Shown here in pieces: positions 39,245 through 52,303 of a stretch of DNA of 64,000 nucleotides (within the stretch, counting starts at the first letter, position 1; every line of letters begins with the position of its first letter). Source of the DNA: Geosiphon pyriformis uo1. Lineage: Eukaryota > Fungi > Glomeromycota. The translations under genes and the position numbers were made by a program. The notes beneath the pieces were generated by a model that saw only the letters and a program-made list of their open reading frames with translations, did no database searches and had not been told where the DNA came from. The stretch lies in the NCBI GenBank assembly GCA_016748015.1, contig JAAOMT010000435.1:62001-126000 (forward strand), in the 5' to 3' direction.

Positions 39245-40090
39245 TGTTATGAGTGATTATTTGGGATGTTGAATTAAATAACAAATCTGTAACTTGGTGC
39301 TAAAAGTTATTTGTGTTGATGTTATTAATCTGAAGGTTTTGTATCTGAAGATTTCAGTTTGAGTTCTTTGTATAATGGACAGAGATTCAATAGTTGTTTT
39401 ATTTGTAACTTCCCAGAATTGCAATTCTGTTAATTCTTTTCTCGGCGTGATAGCCAGCAATCCTCTGGTAAGTATTCTGTATCTTCTGTACATGTTCTAC
39501 TCTTTCACAGAGGTCTTTTACCAGGCAATCCTTGACGTCAGTAATCTAGTGCTTTATTCAACCAATTAGTGCACAACAATAAAATCAAAATAAAATAAAG
39601 AAAAGAAATAAAAGAAAATCATAAATAAGCCAAGGCAATTTTGCAAGTCAGTATCCTGTCAATAGCCGTGATCAAGAACTATTGTTCCAGTGGGTTTAAG
39701 TATTAATTACTATTAACATAGAGTGTTGATAGTGGAATTTAGGTTTGAAATACCAAATAGTTATTTATTGTGTTTGGAAGGTTGTCTAGATAAAATCTAA
39801 ACTTGAAGGTCTGTCTTTTTAGCTTCTAATCCTACTGCTATATATACATAATTGAAATTTCTCAATTCCTTAATTCTTCACCACAGGAATTCTGGGATTC
39901 CTGGAATCCTGCAATTTCTTTGAAAGGAATCTTGGAATTCTGGAATCCTGCAATTCTTTGTGAGAATCCTGTAATTCCTGGAATTCTGCAATTTCTAAGA
40001 GGAATCCTGGAATTCCACATTTTACTATGTCTACTTCTAATTGGCTAATAACTATGCTAATATATATTCTCTATATTTCTATGAGTAACA
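39245..40090 (-). repeat. Element B 5' LTR
   Basis: Followed on the minus strand by TTTGGTGCTCCTTGTGAGG (PBS). Confidence 0.92.
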
Positions 40091-40279
40091 ACAGCTAAGA
40101 GATTCATTTCTTATATAACTGTCAAAAATAGTCAATGATCAGGTTAATAACTAGGTCAATGATCAGATCATTGATTAGGTCAATGATCACTTTTTAAAAA
40201 TAGAGTGACTAATTTATGTAACATTAGTGGCTAATATATGTAATAATTAATAAGAAATATAAGTTTCAATTATAATATT

Positions 40280-40903
40280 ATTCTCTTCAAAAAGATTGAG
40301 CTCTGGCAAAATTAAGCTATTCATAGTGTAATTTATTTAAAAAGTTTTATCTAATTCAAAGCTAACTAGTTTGTTGAAGTCTTTTGTGGATAGGGTATAT
40401 AATACTTGAAATAAAATGAGTTTTGTATCCAAGAGGCCAAATCTTTGTATTAGAGTTTTGGCTCTTTTAGCAATAGTTAAAACTCTTGAAACATTTAATC
40501 ATATAATGCCCAAAATTTCTGTCTGTATCTCTGAAGTTGTTTTCTTTATGAGTTTCATATCCTCTATGATTTCTCCAAGATGACTATAGAGTTCTAATTG
40601 CTTTTTATATGACAAGTTTTTGTCTATGGGTAAGATTTCTTGAAGTGTTTTTCCAATTGTGCTGGAAGGTAAAAGTATAGCTGCTGTTATATTTTCTAAC
40701 AGATATTTATCTATTTTGTTACCATTTTTTTCTCTTCTGGTAGTGGTTTTTTTTGGTCTAATAACAGTATGTGTTCCACTGTTATCAGTTATGGTGGTTT
40801 GTTTTCCAATGGTTAGGGTAGCATTTGAATAATTTTTAATCTAATGTTCATAGAGAGTATAGAAGATGTTTTGAATGTTTTGATCCAAAAAATAATTATT
40901 CAT
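40280..40903 (-). pseudogene. Element C extra ORF3, unknown function
   Basis: Nearly open sense-strand frame DQNIQNIF..LYSHLGEII..IAKRAKTL..LYTLSTKDFNKL between IN and PPT. Confidence 0.6.
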
Positions 40904-40944
40904 GTTGATTGAAGATATCTCTGTTTTGGGAATGGTGCATTTAT

Positions 40945-42258
40945 TTATACTTGATTTTTGATGATTAATTGAGTCGGTATTACCACAACAAGCAACCAAT
41001 CAGGTCGTTTATAATATTTTTTAAGTTATGTACCATAAACAAGACAATTATTGAAGATTGTTCTAGATTAATCTTAAAGAATATAAGAATCATTATTCAA
41101 AACTTTGTTGACTATAAAGGGTCTTTTTCATCAGCTAGAGAATTTATCACCATAAACATTGTTTTTGTCTGAGTAGTATTCCAATACTAAGTCACCAACA
41201 CTTAAAGAAAGTGTTTTATAGGTTTTTTTTTTCTTAAGCTTTTCTTGAAACTGTTTTATCTTTTTAAAAACAATTATTTGTGCTTCTACCAAAGAATCAA
41301 GAATGATATCAAGTCTTCTTTGCAAAATGTCTTTGTAATTTCCTATTGTAATCTCTTTAAAGGGTATTGTTTCAATGTTAGTTTCTATTAATAGTATTGT
41401 CATGTGTTCATAGAGCAGATAAAAAGGTTCATAACTTGTTATATCATAATTTACAGTTCTATAAGCAAACAAAGCTGAAGGCAGTACTTTGTCTCATAAG
41501 TTTGTTTTTTCACTGGTTTTGGTTAAGGTTTTACATAATATTCTATTAAAACATTCTACTAGACCATTTGTTTGGGAGTAATAAGAGAAGAAAAGTTTAT
41601 AATGTATTCCTATTTTTCTACAAAATTCTTCAACCAGTATACTGAAAAAAGCTCTTTTTTTATCAAATAAAAGTTCTTTGGGGCAACCATAATGACAAAT
41701 GATATCTTTATAAATAAAATTGGCTATAAAGACTGCTGTTTGGTCAGGAGTGGCTCTTGCTTTTACCCACTTTATAAGATAGTCAGTAGTTGTGATAATG
41801 TATCTGTTGCTATTAGGAGTTATTATTAAAGGTCCAACAACATCTATACCAATTCTGTTAAATGGTTGACCAATAGAGATTTGATGAATATCTTTTTTGC
41901 AATTGGATTTGCCTTTTTTTTGGCAAATATCACAGATTTTGATGTATTCAGCAATGTCTTTTCCCAAGGTAGACCAATAATAACGAGTTAAAGTTTTCTG
42001 AATTATTTTTGTTTTTCCAAAATGTCCAGCTAATGAGTCAGTATATATGTTGTATATTACAATTTCTCTTTCTTCAAATTTAATGATTCTTTGGAGGCAA
42101 TCAGGATCTTTTTTGTTTCTTTTGTATAATTGGTTCTGGTGGATTAAATAAAAATTTGATTATTTATGCAAATGTTTTCTTTGCTGTTGAGTGTATTCTG
42201 GTGGGTATTGTCATTTACTCAAAAATTCTATTAAGACAGAGTAGTTGTCCAAGTCCAT
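40945..42258 (-). pseudogene. Element C integrase ORF
   Basis: MDLDNYSVL start; CDICQK; IGIDVVGPL; QTNGLVE. Confidence 0.85.
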
Positions 42259-42322
42259 TATCGTGTTTGTTTATAAAGAAGTTATTAATAATTAAGTTGG
42301 TTTAGTTTAAGAGATTATAATA

Positions 42323-45300
42323 TCACTGAATGGTAAGTCTAGAGAGAGCATCTGCATTTTGATGATTTGCTTCTTTGTGGTGTTGAATATCATAGTCGAA
42401 TTCATCCAAGTAAAGTATCCAGTGAGTTATTTGTTTGTATTTCAGTTTCTTTTTATTGTGCAGCCAAACCAAGGCTTAATGATCTGTTACTACTAAGAAT
42501 TTTGCACCAAAAAGATATTGTTCCCAGTAACTAGTAGCCTAAACTACTGCTAAACATTCCTGTTCAATAACTGAATAGTTTTTTTTTGCTGGTATAAGAG
42601 ATCTATTGGCATATGCTATAGCATGTTCTCTGTCATTTTCATTTTTCTGTGAAAGAACAGCACCAAATCTATAGCCAGATGCATCAGTGTGAAGGATAAA
42701 AGATTGGTTCAGATTAGGTTGCTTGAGAATTGGTTCAGTAATAAGTTTTTCCTTTAGAATTTCAAAAGCTTTTTGTTGATGAACGTCTCAGTGATAATTG
42801 ACATTTTTCCTGAGTAGCTGATTAAAAGAAAAGGTGATTTTGAAGAAATTCTTAATAAATTTGTGATAATAAAAGACCAAACCAAGAAAAGAGTGTAGTT
42901 TAGAAACATTCATTGGTTGTCTAATGTTCTGAACTTTTTTAACTTTAGCTGGGTCAAAGAAGATTCCATCTTTTGTAATAAGATAACCAAGGAACTTGGT
43001 GGATTGGTGTCCAAAGAAAAATTTGATTGGGCTGATTTTGAGACCAGCATTTTTGAGCAGATCAAAAACCTTTTGTAAATGTTTAAGGTGTTCATTCCAG
43101 ATTTTTGAGTAGACTATTATGTCATCTAAGTAGACCAAAACAAAGTTTTCTTTTACTGATTTAAATACTTTGTCTATTAGGCATTGAAAAGTGGGAGGGG
43201 CATTGGTAAGACCAAATGGCATGACTGTGAATTCATAGGTGCCATATTTGGTAATGAAAGCAGTTTTTTTTCTGCTTTCTGGATCCATTTATATTTACCA
43301 GAATTCAGCAGTTAAGTCAATAGTTGAGAAGAAAGCAGCACCATTGAATTTATTTAGCATTGCATCAATTTTGGGGAGTGAGTACATGTCTCTTATAGTA
43401 ATGACATTTAATTGGCAGTAGTCAACACAAAAGCATAGGGTTCCATCTTTCTTGGATACCACTACAACTGAAAAAGCCTATTCATTCTTAGTTTTTTGTA
43501 TGAATCCAAGATCTTTTATCTGGTTTATCTCTTTCTTAATAAACTTATTATTGCATTAATTGGATTGATAGGGCTTCAAATAGATGGGACAAGTTTCTTT
43601 TGTAGTAATGGTGTGTTGTATTACATGGATTTGTCCAGAAGTATCACCTTCTTTTGAGATAACTGGGCTATTCCTAGTCAACAGATTTTCAATGTCAACT
43701 TTTTTTTCTTTAGGGGAAGATTCTCTTTGTTTTATAATTAGTAATTAGATTTCAGGTGGTTCACTCTTAAAGGACTTCTGTACTTTTTTTAGTTCTTCTC
43801 TGGATATCAAACTAATTGGCTTCTAATTTTTGTAATAGATTAAACAGAACTTGCATTCATTATTAGGAGAATACAAAGGTTTATTGCATCAACATCTGGC
43901 ACAAAGGCCATGCCACCAATAACTGTATTTTGCTTTCTTGCCAGGTTTTTTATCAAAGATTCTTCTGAGGATATCATAGTAGGGCCAGCAAATCAGCTTG
44001 TTATTTACCATGATCTTTTCTTTGTCAGCTTTAATATTGTCCAGTGGCTTGCCATTGCTGGTAAAAATAGTATAGGCGAGTTCAGCCATTTCTTTTTGTT
44101 CTTCTTGATCTTCTTTTTCATTGCTCTCATTATTATCTAATTCATCTAATTGTTCTTTTTCTTGGTTTTGCTTGGGTACTGGAGAGGTTGTTCAATAACA
44201 GTACTTAACCACAATGGGTTTTTTCACCACATCTGATGGTTAGTTCACAAAGCTCATAGTCAAGTAGTGCTTTAGCTTTCTTAAGCCACTTATTGCCAAC
44301 AATTATGGTATACTCTTTTGCTTCAAATACTTCCATATTAGTTTCAATGCTGATACCATTGATGTGGACAGGAATAGCTTTGGCTATGCCCAGGTCTTTC
44401 TTTTTGTTACCATGTACATTAGTTATTGGTCTTGTGGAAGGCTCATCAATTTTTCTGCCAATTGCTTTAAGAAAGTGTTTGGCAATTACACTAACAGATA
44501 ATTCACTATTTAGGATCAGATCAATGAAGTAACCAGCCACTTGGGCTTTACAAATCAGAGGGGTGACATTGCTATTATTAGCAAGTTTAGCTTGGCAAAA
44601 ATTTTTGTTGGTCTTTAGTGTCTTCTTCTTTGATATCAATGATTTGCAAAGATTTTTTCTGAACTGTGAATGGGTCATTAGTTGGCCAAATGTAATGTGT
44701 GCAGACATTTTCATGAGATCTTTGACAACAAAATAGGATTCAGATTTTTGTACAATTTTTGGAGATTCTAACTTTAGAGAATTTTTAAAAACTTTAGTCT
44801 TTGGTGGTTCATTATTATCAGCAATTGATGTAGAGGCTTTTTTTTGGATCTATAACGAAATCAACTTTGGCTTTCTTTTTCTTTCTTGTTGATTCAGAAG
44901 TGTTGATTACTAGTTCATCCATGTCATGGTCATTATCAGTTAAGTTAAAATATAAAAGAGGTTTTCTTCTAGTTGGCTTGTATTCTTACCCTTTGGAGAT
45001 ATATCTACCAGTTTAAAGACTGATAAATAGTGGCTTCAACTAAGGAATCCTCTTCAAAGAAATTAATGTTGGCATAATTGGGTCTTTGATTGAGAACATT
45101 GTTGTTGATAGTTTTGTTGTTTTGATTGTTATTGTTTCTGGAAACTGGAAGTGACAAAGGAGAATTTTTACAATTTCTGGAGAAATATCCAGTTAATCCA
45201 CAGTGATAACACACAGATGGGCCACAATTTTGTTGTCTTTAATAAGGGAGTTGCTGGGGCTGATTAAAGTGGAGTTCAAATCTGAGTCTTTGGGGTTGTT

Positions 45301-45421
45301 GATTCTCTTTGACTGCTTGGGCTAAGGGTTTTAATAACCAGGCAAGATTAGCTATAAGTTTATCTATTAATTGTTTATTTGGGTTTTGAGTTTGGGCAAT
45401 AAAAGAAGTAGCAGCCATTTG
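42323..45421 (-). pseudogene. Element C gag C-terminus, protease, RT and RNase H
   Basis: CYHCGLTGYFSRNC; LILNSEL (decayed DSG); KTAF..YEFTVMPFGLTNAP; YLDD; LHTDAS; NADALSRLTIQ*. Confidence 0.9.
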
Positions 45422-46627
45422 GNNNNNNNNNNNNNNNNNNNNNNNNNNNNNNNNNNNNNNNNNNNNNNNNNNNNNNNNNNNNNNNNNNNNNNNNNNNNNN
45501 NNNNNNNNNNNNNNNNNNNNNNNNNNNNNNNNNNNNNNNNNNNNNNNNNNNNNNNNNNNNNNNNNNNNNNNNNNNNNNNNNNNNNNNNNNNNNNNNNNNN
45601 NNNNNNNNNNNNNNNNNNNNNNNNNNNNNNNNNNNNNNNNNNNNNNNNNNNNNNNNNNNNNNNNNNNNNNNNNNNNNNNNNNNNNNNNNNNNNNNNNNNN
45701 NNNNNNNNNNNNNNNNNNNNNNNNNNNNNNNNNNNNNNNNNNNNNNNNNNNNNNNNNNNNNNNNNNNNNNNNNNNNNNNNNNNNNNNNNNNNNNNNNNNN
45801 NNNNNNNNNNNNNNNNNNNNNNNNNNNNNNNTTCAAAAATTCGCCGAAATTATGAATAGTTCACCCAAATTAATCAATAGTTCAGCGAAATAACTTGTAG
45901 TTCATCAAAATGTATCTTTAGTTTGCTGAAATTTGAGCAAAGAGAAAAAGTGCAAGTTCATAGACTAGTACTACAACAAGTTGTATAAAAGAAGAGCTTT
46001 TCTCTTCTGGAAAATATATCTTATTTTAGATTTATTACTTAGAACCATTCTTATACACACAAAAAGAAATAAATATCAAATAATTTGAAAAACCAAGTTT
46101 TTTAATTATTGCACTTGGAAAATCCCCAAAACCCAACTAACATTTCGAAATTGATTAGCTACCAATTTCAGTAAACTGTTAGCGACTCCAGGCCTGGATA
46201 GAAAACGTTTCTCTTGACAGAATTCTATTTTTTTTACATTTCTTTTATTTTTTTTTTCTTTTCTTATTACAATCATTAGGATAGCCTACAGACAAGATTT
46301 CTGTAAAAGAGTTGACTTTCACAGCAAAGTAACTACATATTTTTAGTAAGCTTCCAAATGAGCAATTTCTGGGAAAGAGTTGACATTTACTACAACGTAA
46401 CTACATAAAGTAACTGGCAAGAAATTGGCCATTCCACTTATAAGCCCAGCAGTTCAAATTATAAAAGATAATTTGAAAATAAATTCAGTTATTGGAGGTT
46501 TAACTACTTCCTAAAAACGTGAATTCACAGCAAATCAACATTACCAACATTTAAAAAAAGAGACCAAAAACCTCTGGTAACATTTGGTGCTCTTCCACAG
46601 AAATAACACAGCAACAACAAATTCAAA

Positions 46628-49600
46628 GTGGTGACCACACCAGACACAGCAACTCTAGAGTATTATCAGTCAATTTACACCCACTGCAAGCAAAGATTCA
46701 ACATTCCAGACAGAATTGAAGTTGTAAAGAAATCAGTATACCAATACATTAAAAACTACATCAACAATTATCTTTTTGGAAACTACAACATTTCAGAAGT
46801 TAGAAGCAACTTCTACAATAATTTAGTGCACTATTCACAATTAAGAACAGAAGACCTGAACAGTGAAACACTTGCTACCTACTTCCAAGAACTTAATTTT
46901 AACATTATTGAGTATTGTGAAGAAAAATACCCAGTACAGTCTAAATACTCTTTTGACTTTGAATTAGAAACAAAAACAAGCAACAAAGGCAAACAAGATT
47001 AAAGCAATACTTAAGAACCACTCCAAACACTCCAACACTACAAAAGACAGCTGCCAAACACTTGCAAATACCTGAACAAGGAACCAGTGTCAAATTACCA
47101 CTTTCTATTACACTATTTTCAATTTCACTTGTTCAATCACAAACACCAAGTTCACTACTTAGCCATTTCTCCAGACCAGAAGATTTTCAGTCACCTAAAA
47201 ATCCTACTCAACAGCAGGAACCAATATCAACAAGTGCCAATATCATTGATTACTTACAGGAAAACGAAAGTAATCACTTAGAAAGCTTGGAAAGTAAAGA
47301 AACTGAATCAGAACCAAAAGAAATTACAGAAAACGAAGAAAAAATGGCAACTGTTTACATTGCAAAAATCCCAGAATTCACTGGTGAAGACAATGATACC
47401 AGTCTTCAAGAATGGCTTGACAAGGTTCAAAAAACAAGAGATGCAAATGGTTGGATTGCAGCAAGAATGCTCAAAGCAATTCCCTACTTTCTCCAAGGAA
47501 CAGCAGGAGAATAGTTTGAAAATTTAGAAGAACTATTTGAAAACTGGCAAGCATTCAAAGATGCTTTTCTACAACAATTTACTGACAACAATATCTCTAT
47601 CACTCTCAGAAATCACTTTCACAATATCAAACAAGAAACATCTGAATCTGTTATGACCTATCTTGAAAGATTTAACAAACTTCTCAGATGAATCCGACAA
47701 TTAGAAACCAATGACTACTATTCTGATGCTTAAATTCTGGATTAGTTTATAGCAGGATTAAAAGACAAACTGATTAAAAAAGTCCATCCACATGCTCCAA
47801 CAGACTTAGCAACTGCTATTAGACATGCAAAGAGCTATGAAATGACAATGAAAGAAGCAAATCACACCAAGCTTGTAAACCTTGCAATTGGAGAAACCAG
47901 CTCAGCAGCTGAAGAAAAGATAGACCAACTCACAAAGAAAGTTGAAAGCTATTTTACAAACCAACAACAACAGCAGCAACAACCACAAAGATATCAACCA
48001 CTACAACAACACAACCAAAACAATTTTGGATTACCATCTAACAACCAATCTCAAAATTGTCATTATTGTGGAATTCCAGAACACTGGAAACGAGATTGTA
48101 GGAAATTGCAAAGAGACCAACAAAACAAGAGTAATCAATGTTACTCTTCACCACAACAATCCTATTACCAATCTCCACTACCAACCTATTATTCACCAAG
48201 ACCACAAAATCAAAACTACTATCCACCAGCTCCACAATCAATGCAGCAACAATATTAGCAATCTTTATCAATTCAGCCATATTAAACACCACCCACTCAA
48301 CAATATCAAGTACCAGCAAAAAAATTGGTTCAACATAACCAATTTACACCCCAAAATCAATTGCAAAATAACCACAACAGAATCAATTCAAATAACCAGT
48401 TGGTTCCCCGAAATTCGGGTCAGCAAAGACCCAATCACTATCACACTCAACCCAGTTATCTTACAATACCAGAGGAATCGGATTTTCAACAAACTGCACT
48501 TTCTGAAAATGAAGTTGCAGCGCTAAGATCAAACTCTTCCAATCACACCATTCTACCAGCTCAAATTGCCCAAAATGCTAATCTGTCAGATATATTTCTA
48601 TTTGAATTTAAAGCAAATGACTTACCATTTCTGCTTAGTAATGCAGCAGTCAATTAACAGAAAGCAATTACTGTAATGTACACAGAAGCTACAGTAGAAG
48701 GAAAACCCATTTGCTTAATCTTAGATAGTGGATCAGCTGGAAGTATCATCACTTACCAGCTGATGCAACAACTCAACAAAACGTAGACAGACCAGCTTAA
48801 ACAGTTATTGTCACACCTGATGATATAAAGAAAACTCTAGTAGGAGAAATTAATGATTTCTCCTTTTCAATTGATAAAATCATCATTCCAGTTAAAGTTC
48901 TTATTATGGATGCACCCCAATACTAAACTCTAGTCAGAAATGATTGGCTTCTTAAGGCCAATGCAAACCTGAACTGAGAAACTCAAGAACTTAAAATTTC
49001 ATACCAAGGACAATATACTATAGTACCTGCAACCTGTGGTATCTTTAACAAATGATCAGAAAAAGCTCCAGTATTTGAATTTGAAGAGGAGAAAGAAATG
49101 CCACTTACTGAAACCTATATGGCTCTTAGATCAACATCCAATTGGGCTGAAGAAACCGAACAAAAGATTTTTAAAAAATCAAGAAGATGGAAGAAAGTTA
49201 GATATTCTACACCAGAACCATGGAAACAACCACCCTATATTCCACTCAAATGCAAAGATTGCAACAAAAAACTTTCATCAATGGGAGCATGTATTTCTCC
49301 AGAAGAGGAATATGAAACTCGTACCTGTTACTTTTGCAAAGCATGCCATAGAGAACGATTTGGATCTCCAAAAAGAAGTGGAAAATAGAACAACACACCT
49401 TGCCTTACATGTGAAGAAATGCTACCAAAAGAATGTAATTGGATTGATGTCACAATGAGAGGAGGAGTATGTGATCAAATCTGTCAATATGCTCTATCAA
49501 TTTCGGAAAAAGTCAGAAGAGGAACACCATTTGATGCAGCATACAACAGTGCTTTCAATAAACTTTACCACTACCCTCATGATGCTGAAATGATTTTTGA

Positions 49601-52246
49601 CCTAGCAATGGCATTGATCAATGGAGCCACCCATGAAGATGTCTACCAAATGAAAGAAGCTGAATATATTAAGTATACCATGGAATTAGCTGGATTTGAT
49701 TATGAAGATGAAGTAGAAACCTACCACCAAATTGCAAGCCACACATATCTGACCAAAGAAGCTCAAATTCAACAATTAGAGCAAATGAACATTCAATTGT
49801 GTGAAGAATGTGTTATGCCTTGTGATGACCAATGGTGTTTAGAATGTTATGCTCTTAGCATTCCTCTGCCAAATGAGAATAATGAAAATGAAATCGAATT
49901 TGGAGTATCTGAACTAGTAGAAGAACTACCAACCACTCCCATCTATTTTCTTGAAAAGCAACCACCTCTACAACTTAAATATTTTAACAACCATGACCAA
50001 GGAATCAGACCAGAAAAAGCACACGAAATTGATGCTGGATATGACTTAAGATACCCAGGAAAAGATACTTTGATTCTCCAACCAAAGTCTTTGACAAAAA
50101 TCAATCTCAAAATTGCTCTTGAAATTCCACCAGGAACAATGATTCAAATTGCCTCCAGATCATCATTGGCAAGCAAAGGAATCAATATTAAAAGAGGAGT
50201 TATAGATACAGAATACATTAGAGATATTACCATCATGTTACAGAATAAGACAGACAAACCATTCAAAATTGAACATGCTGAAAAAATTGCTCAAGCAATT
50301 TACTTACTCTTAATCAACATTTCGGATTTACAATCAGTAAACAACAGAGAACAATTGGGAAAAAGTGAAAGAGGAACTCAAGGTTTTGGTTCAACTGGAC
50401 GATTTACAGTCTCAGTAAACATAGTTCTTAATACATAAAATGAATCTCACCAGATTCTTCAACTTCCTCAGCCAATTATCATTTTACTTTTTGGAGAATA
50501 TCACGAAATTTACACTTGCTCAAAACCCACCACTACACAACAAATCTTTGAATCCAATGAACAAATCTGTTTGAAGCATGAAATATCAATTCCAAACGTT
50601 TATATTCCCAAAGGAATGAAAAAATTTTGAGTTACATTCTACAATCCCAATAATTACCCTATTGTTTTATTAAACAAATTAGAAATTGGAATCATATACA
50701 GCAATATCTTTCAAGATGAAAACCCTCAAATTGTCTCTAATTTCATCGAAATTGTAAAGCACACTCTACTCCAAATCCAAATATCATTCCCACTACTGAA
50801 AACTACCACTTGTTGGAAGAAAAACTCTTTCGAATCAATATGGGTCCTTTAGAACCTTAACAACAAAGACAATTGAAACAATTAATAGCTGAATTTGCAG
50901 ATATATTTGCAAAAGACAACAATGACTTGGGAAAAACAGACATTGTTCAACATCAGATCCATACAGAAGATGCTCTACCAAAATGTCAACAAGCTTATTG
51001 AGTGCCACCTACCAGCCACCAATTCATCAGAAAAGAAGTCCAAAAAATGCTTAATAATGGATTGATTCAACTATCAAGAAGTTCTTGGGCCTTACCAGTA
51101 GTTTTAGTTAAAAAGAAAAACGGAAAAATCAAATTCTGTGTTGATTATAGACAACTAAATAGTATTATAATTAGAGATGCCTACTCTCTTCCAAGAATTG
51201 ATGACATGCTAGATGCTCTAGGAAAAGCCAAGTTCTTTTCAACTTTAGACCTAGAAAGTGGATACTGGCAAGTCGAAATGAACCCAAAAGATAGACCCAA
51301 AACAGCATTTACCACTCAAGGGGGAAATTATGAGTTTAATGTTATATCTTTTGGACTCTGCAATACACTAACAACATTCCAACAACTCATGGATGTTGTA
51401 TATAAAAGACTCTTATGGCAATTAGTAGTTGTTTACCTTGATAACACTAATGTGTACTCACCAAGCTTTGAAGCCCATTTCATTTACCTGCAAGAAGTTT
51501 TTCAACGATTACGGAAAGCAGAATTAAAGTTAAATATTGAGAAATATCACTTTGGAAAAACAAGCTTAATCTTTCTTGGACACATAATTAGTAAAAATAG
51601 AATCAAACCAAATCCAGAAACAATCAGTGCTGTCAAAAACTTTCAAATCCCCAGAAATACTACAGAACTAAGAGGATTTGTGGGATTAGCCTCTTACTAT
51701 CGAAAATTCATAAAAAGATTCTCAGAAATTGCCAAACCACTCAATTATCTTACCAACAAAAACGTACCATACAAATGGACTGAAGAACAACAAAAAGCTT
51801 TTGAAATTCTCAAAACAAAATTGACAACAGCCCCAGTTCTTGCTTACCCAGACTTCAACAAATGATTCCAATTAGCCACTGATGTCTCACACATAGTATT
51901 TGGTGCTATCTTATCACAATTGGATGAAAATGGCCAAGAACAAGTTATTGCCTATGCCAGCAGAACACTCAAGCCAACAGAACTCAAATATGGCTCAACT
52001 GAATTAGAAGCTGCTGCAGTTATTTGGGCTCTTAAACATTTTCAACAATATCTGAAGAATAGAAAAAAATTTGACATAATAACGGACAACATTGGCCTCA
52101 AATGGCTCAATAAAAAGAAAACTGAACAAAGTGCCAAACAGTCTCAATGGAATAACTTCTTAGCAGACTACAGATATATTGTACACCACAAACCAGGAAA
52201 ACTACATACCAATGTTGATAGCCTCTTAAGAATGAAACAAAATTAA
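46628..52246 (+). pseudogene. A2 Gag-PR-Cys-rich-dUTPase-RT-RNaseH polyprotein
   Basis: CHYCGIPEHWKRDC; LILDSGSAG; DAGYDL/ASRSSLA/ERGTQGFGSTG; FCVDYRQLN; YLDN; VIAYASR; stops and frameshifts. Confidence 0.92.
50020..50400 (+). other. dUTPase domain in A2; homologues at about 26870-27250 (-), 34690-35070 (-) and 62130-62510 (+)
   Basis: All five trimeric dUTPase motifs: AGYDL, RSSLA, GVID..Y..DI, IAQ, RG..GFGSTG. Confidence 0.92.
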
Positions 52247-52303
52247 TACCAACAACAATTCCACCACAACTTTCCAACTTACTAACAAAATAACCAAACA
52301 AGA

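Larger units (their letters stand above)
20310..40090 (-). mobile_element. Ty3/gypsy LTR retrotransposon B (dUTPase-bearing, degenerate), inserted in C's 3' LTR
   Basis: LTRs 20310-21155 and 39245-40090; ACAG TSD at 20306-09 and 40091-94; PBS 39225-39242; PPT AAAAAGAGGGAATAA. Confidence 0.92.

Noticed and set aside
45371-45859. ORFs made mostly of X (also 29491-29846 and 53832-54325)
   Set aside because: They span assembly gaps; only the first 18 codons at 53832 are informative (ORF3 start)
46440-46627. Gag frame apparently extending back through the PBS into the A2 LTR
   Set aside because: The frame is not preserved in A1 or A3 and contains stops
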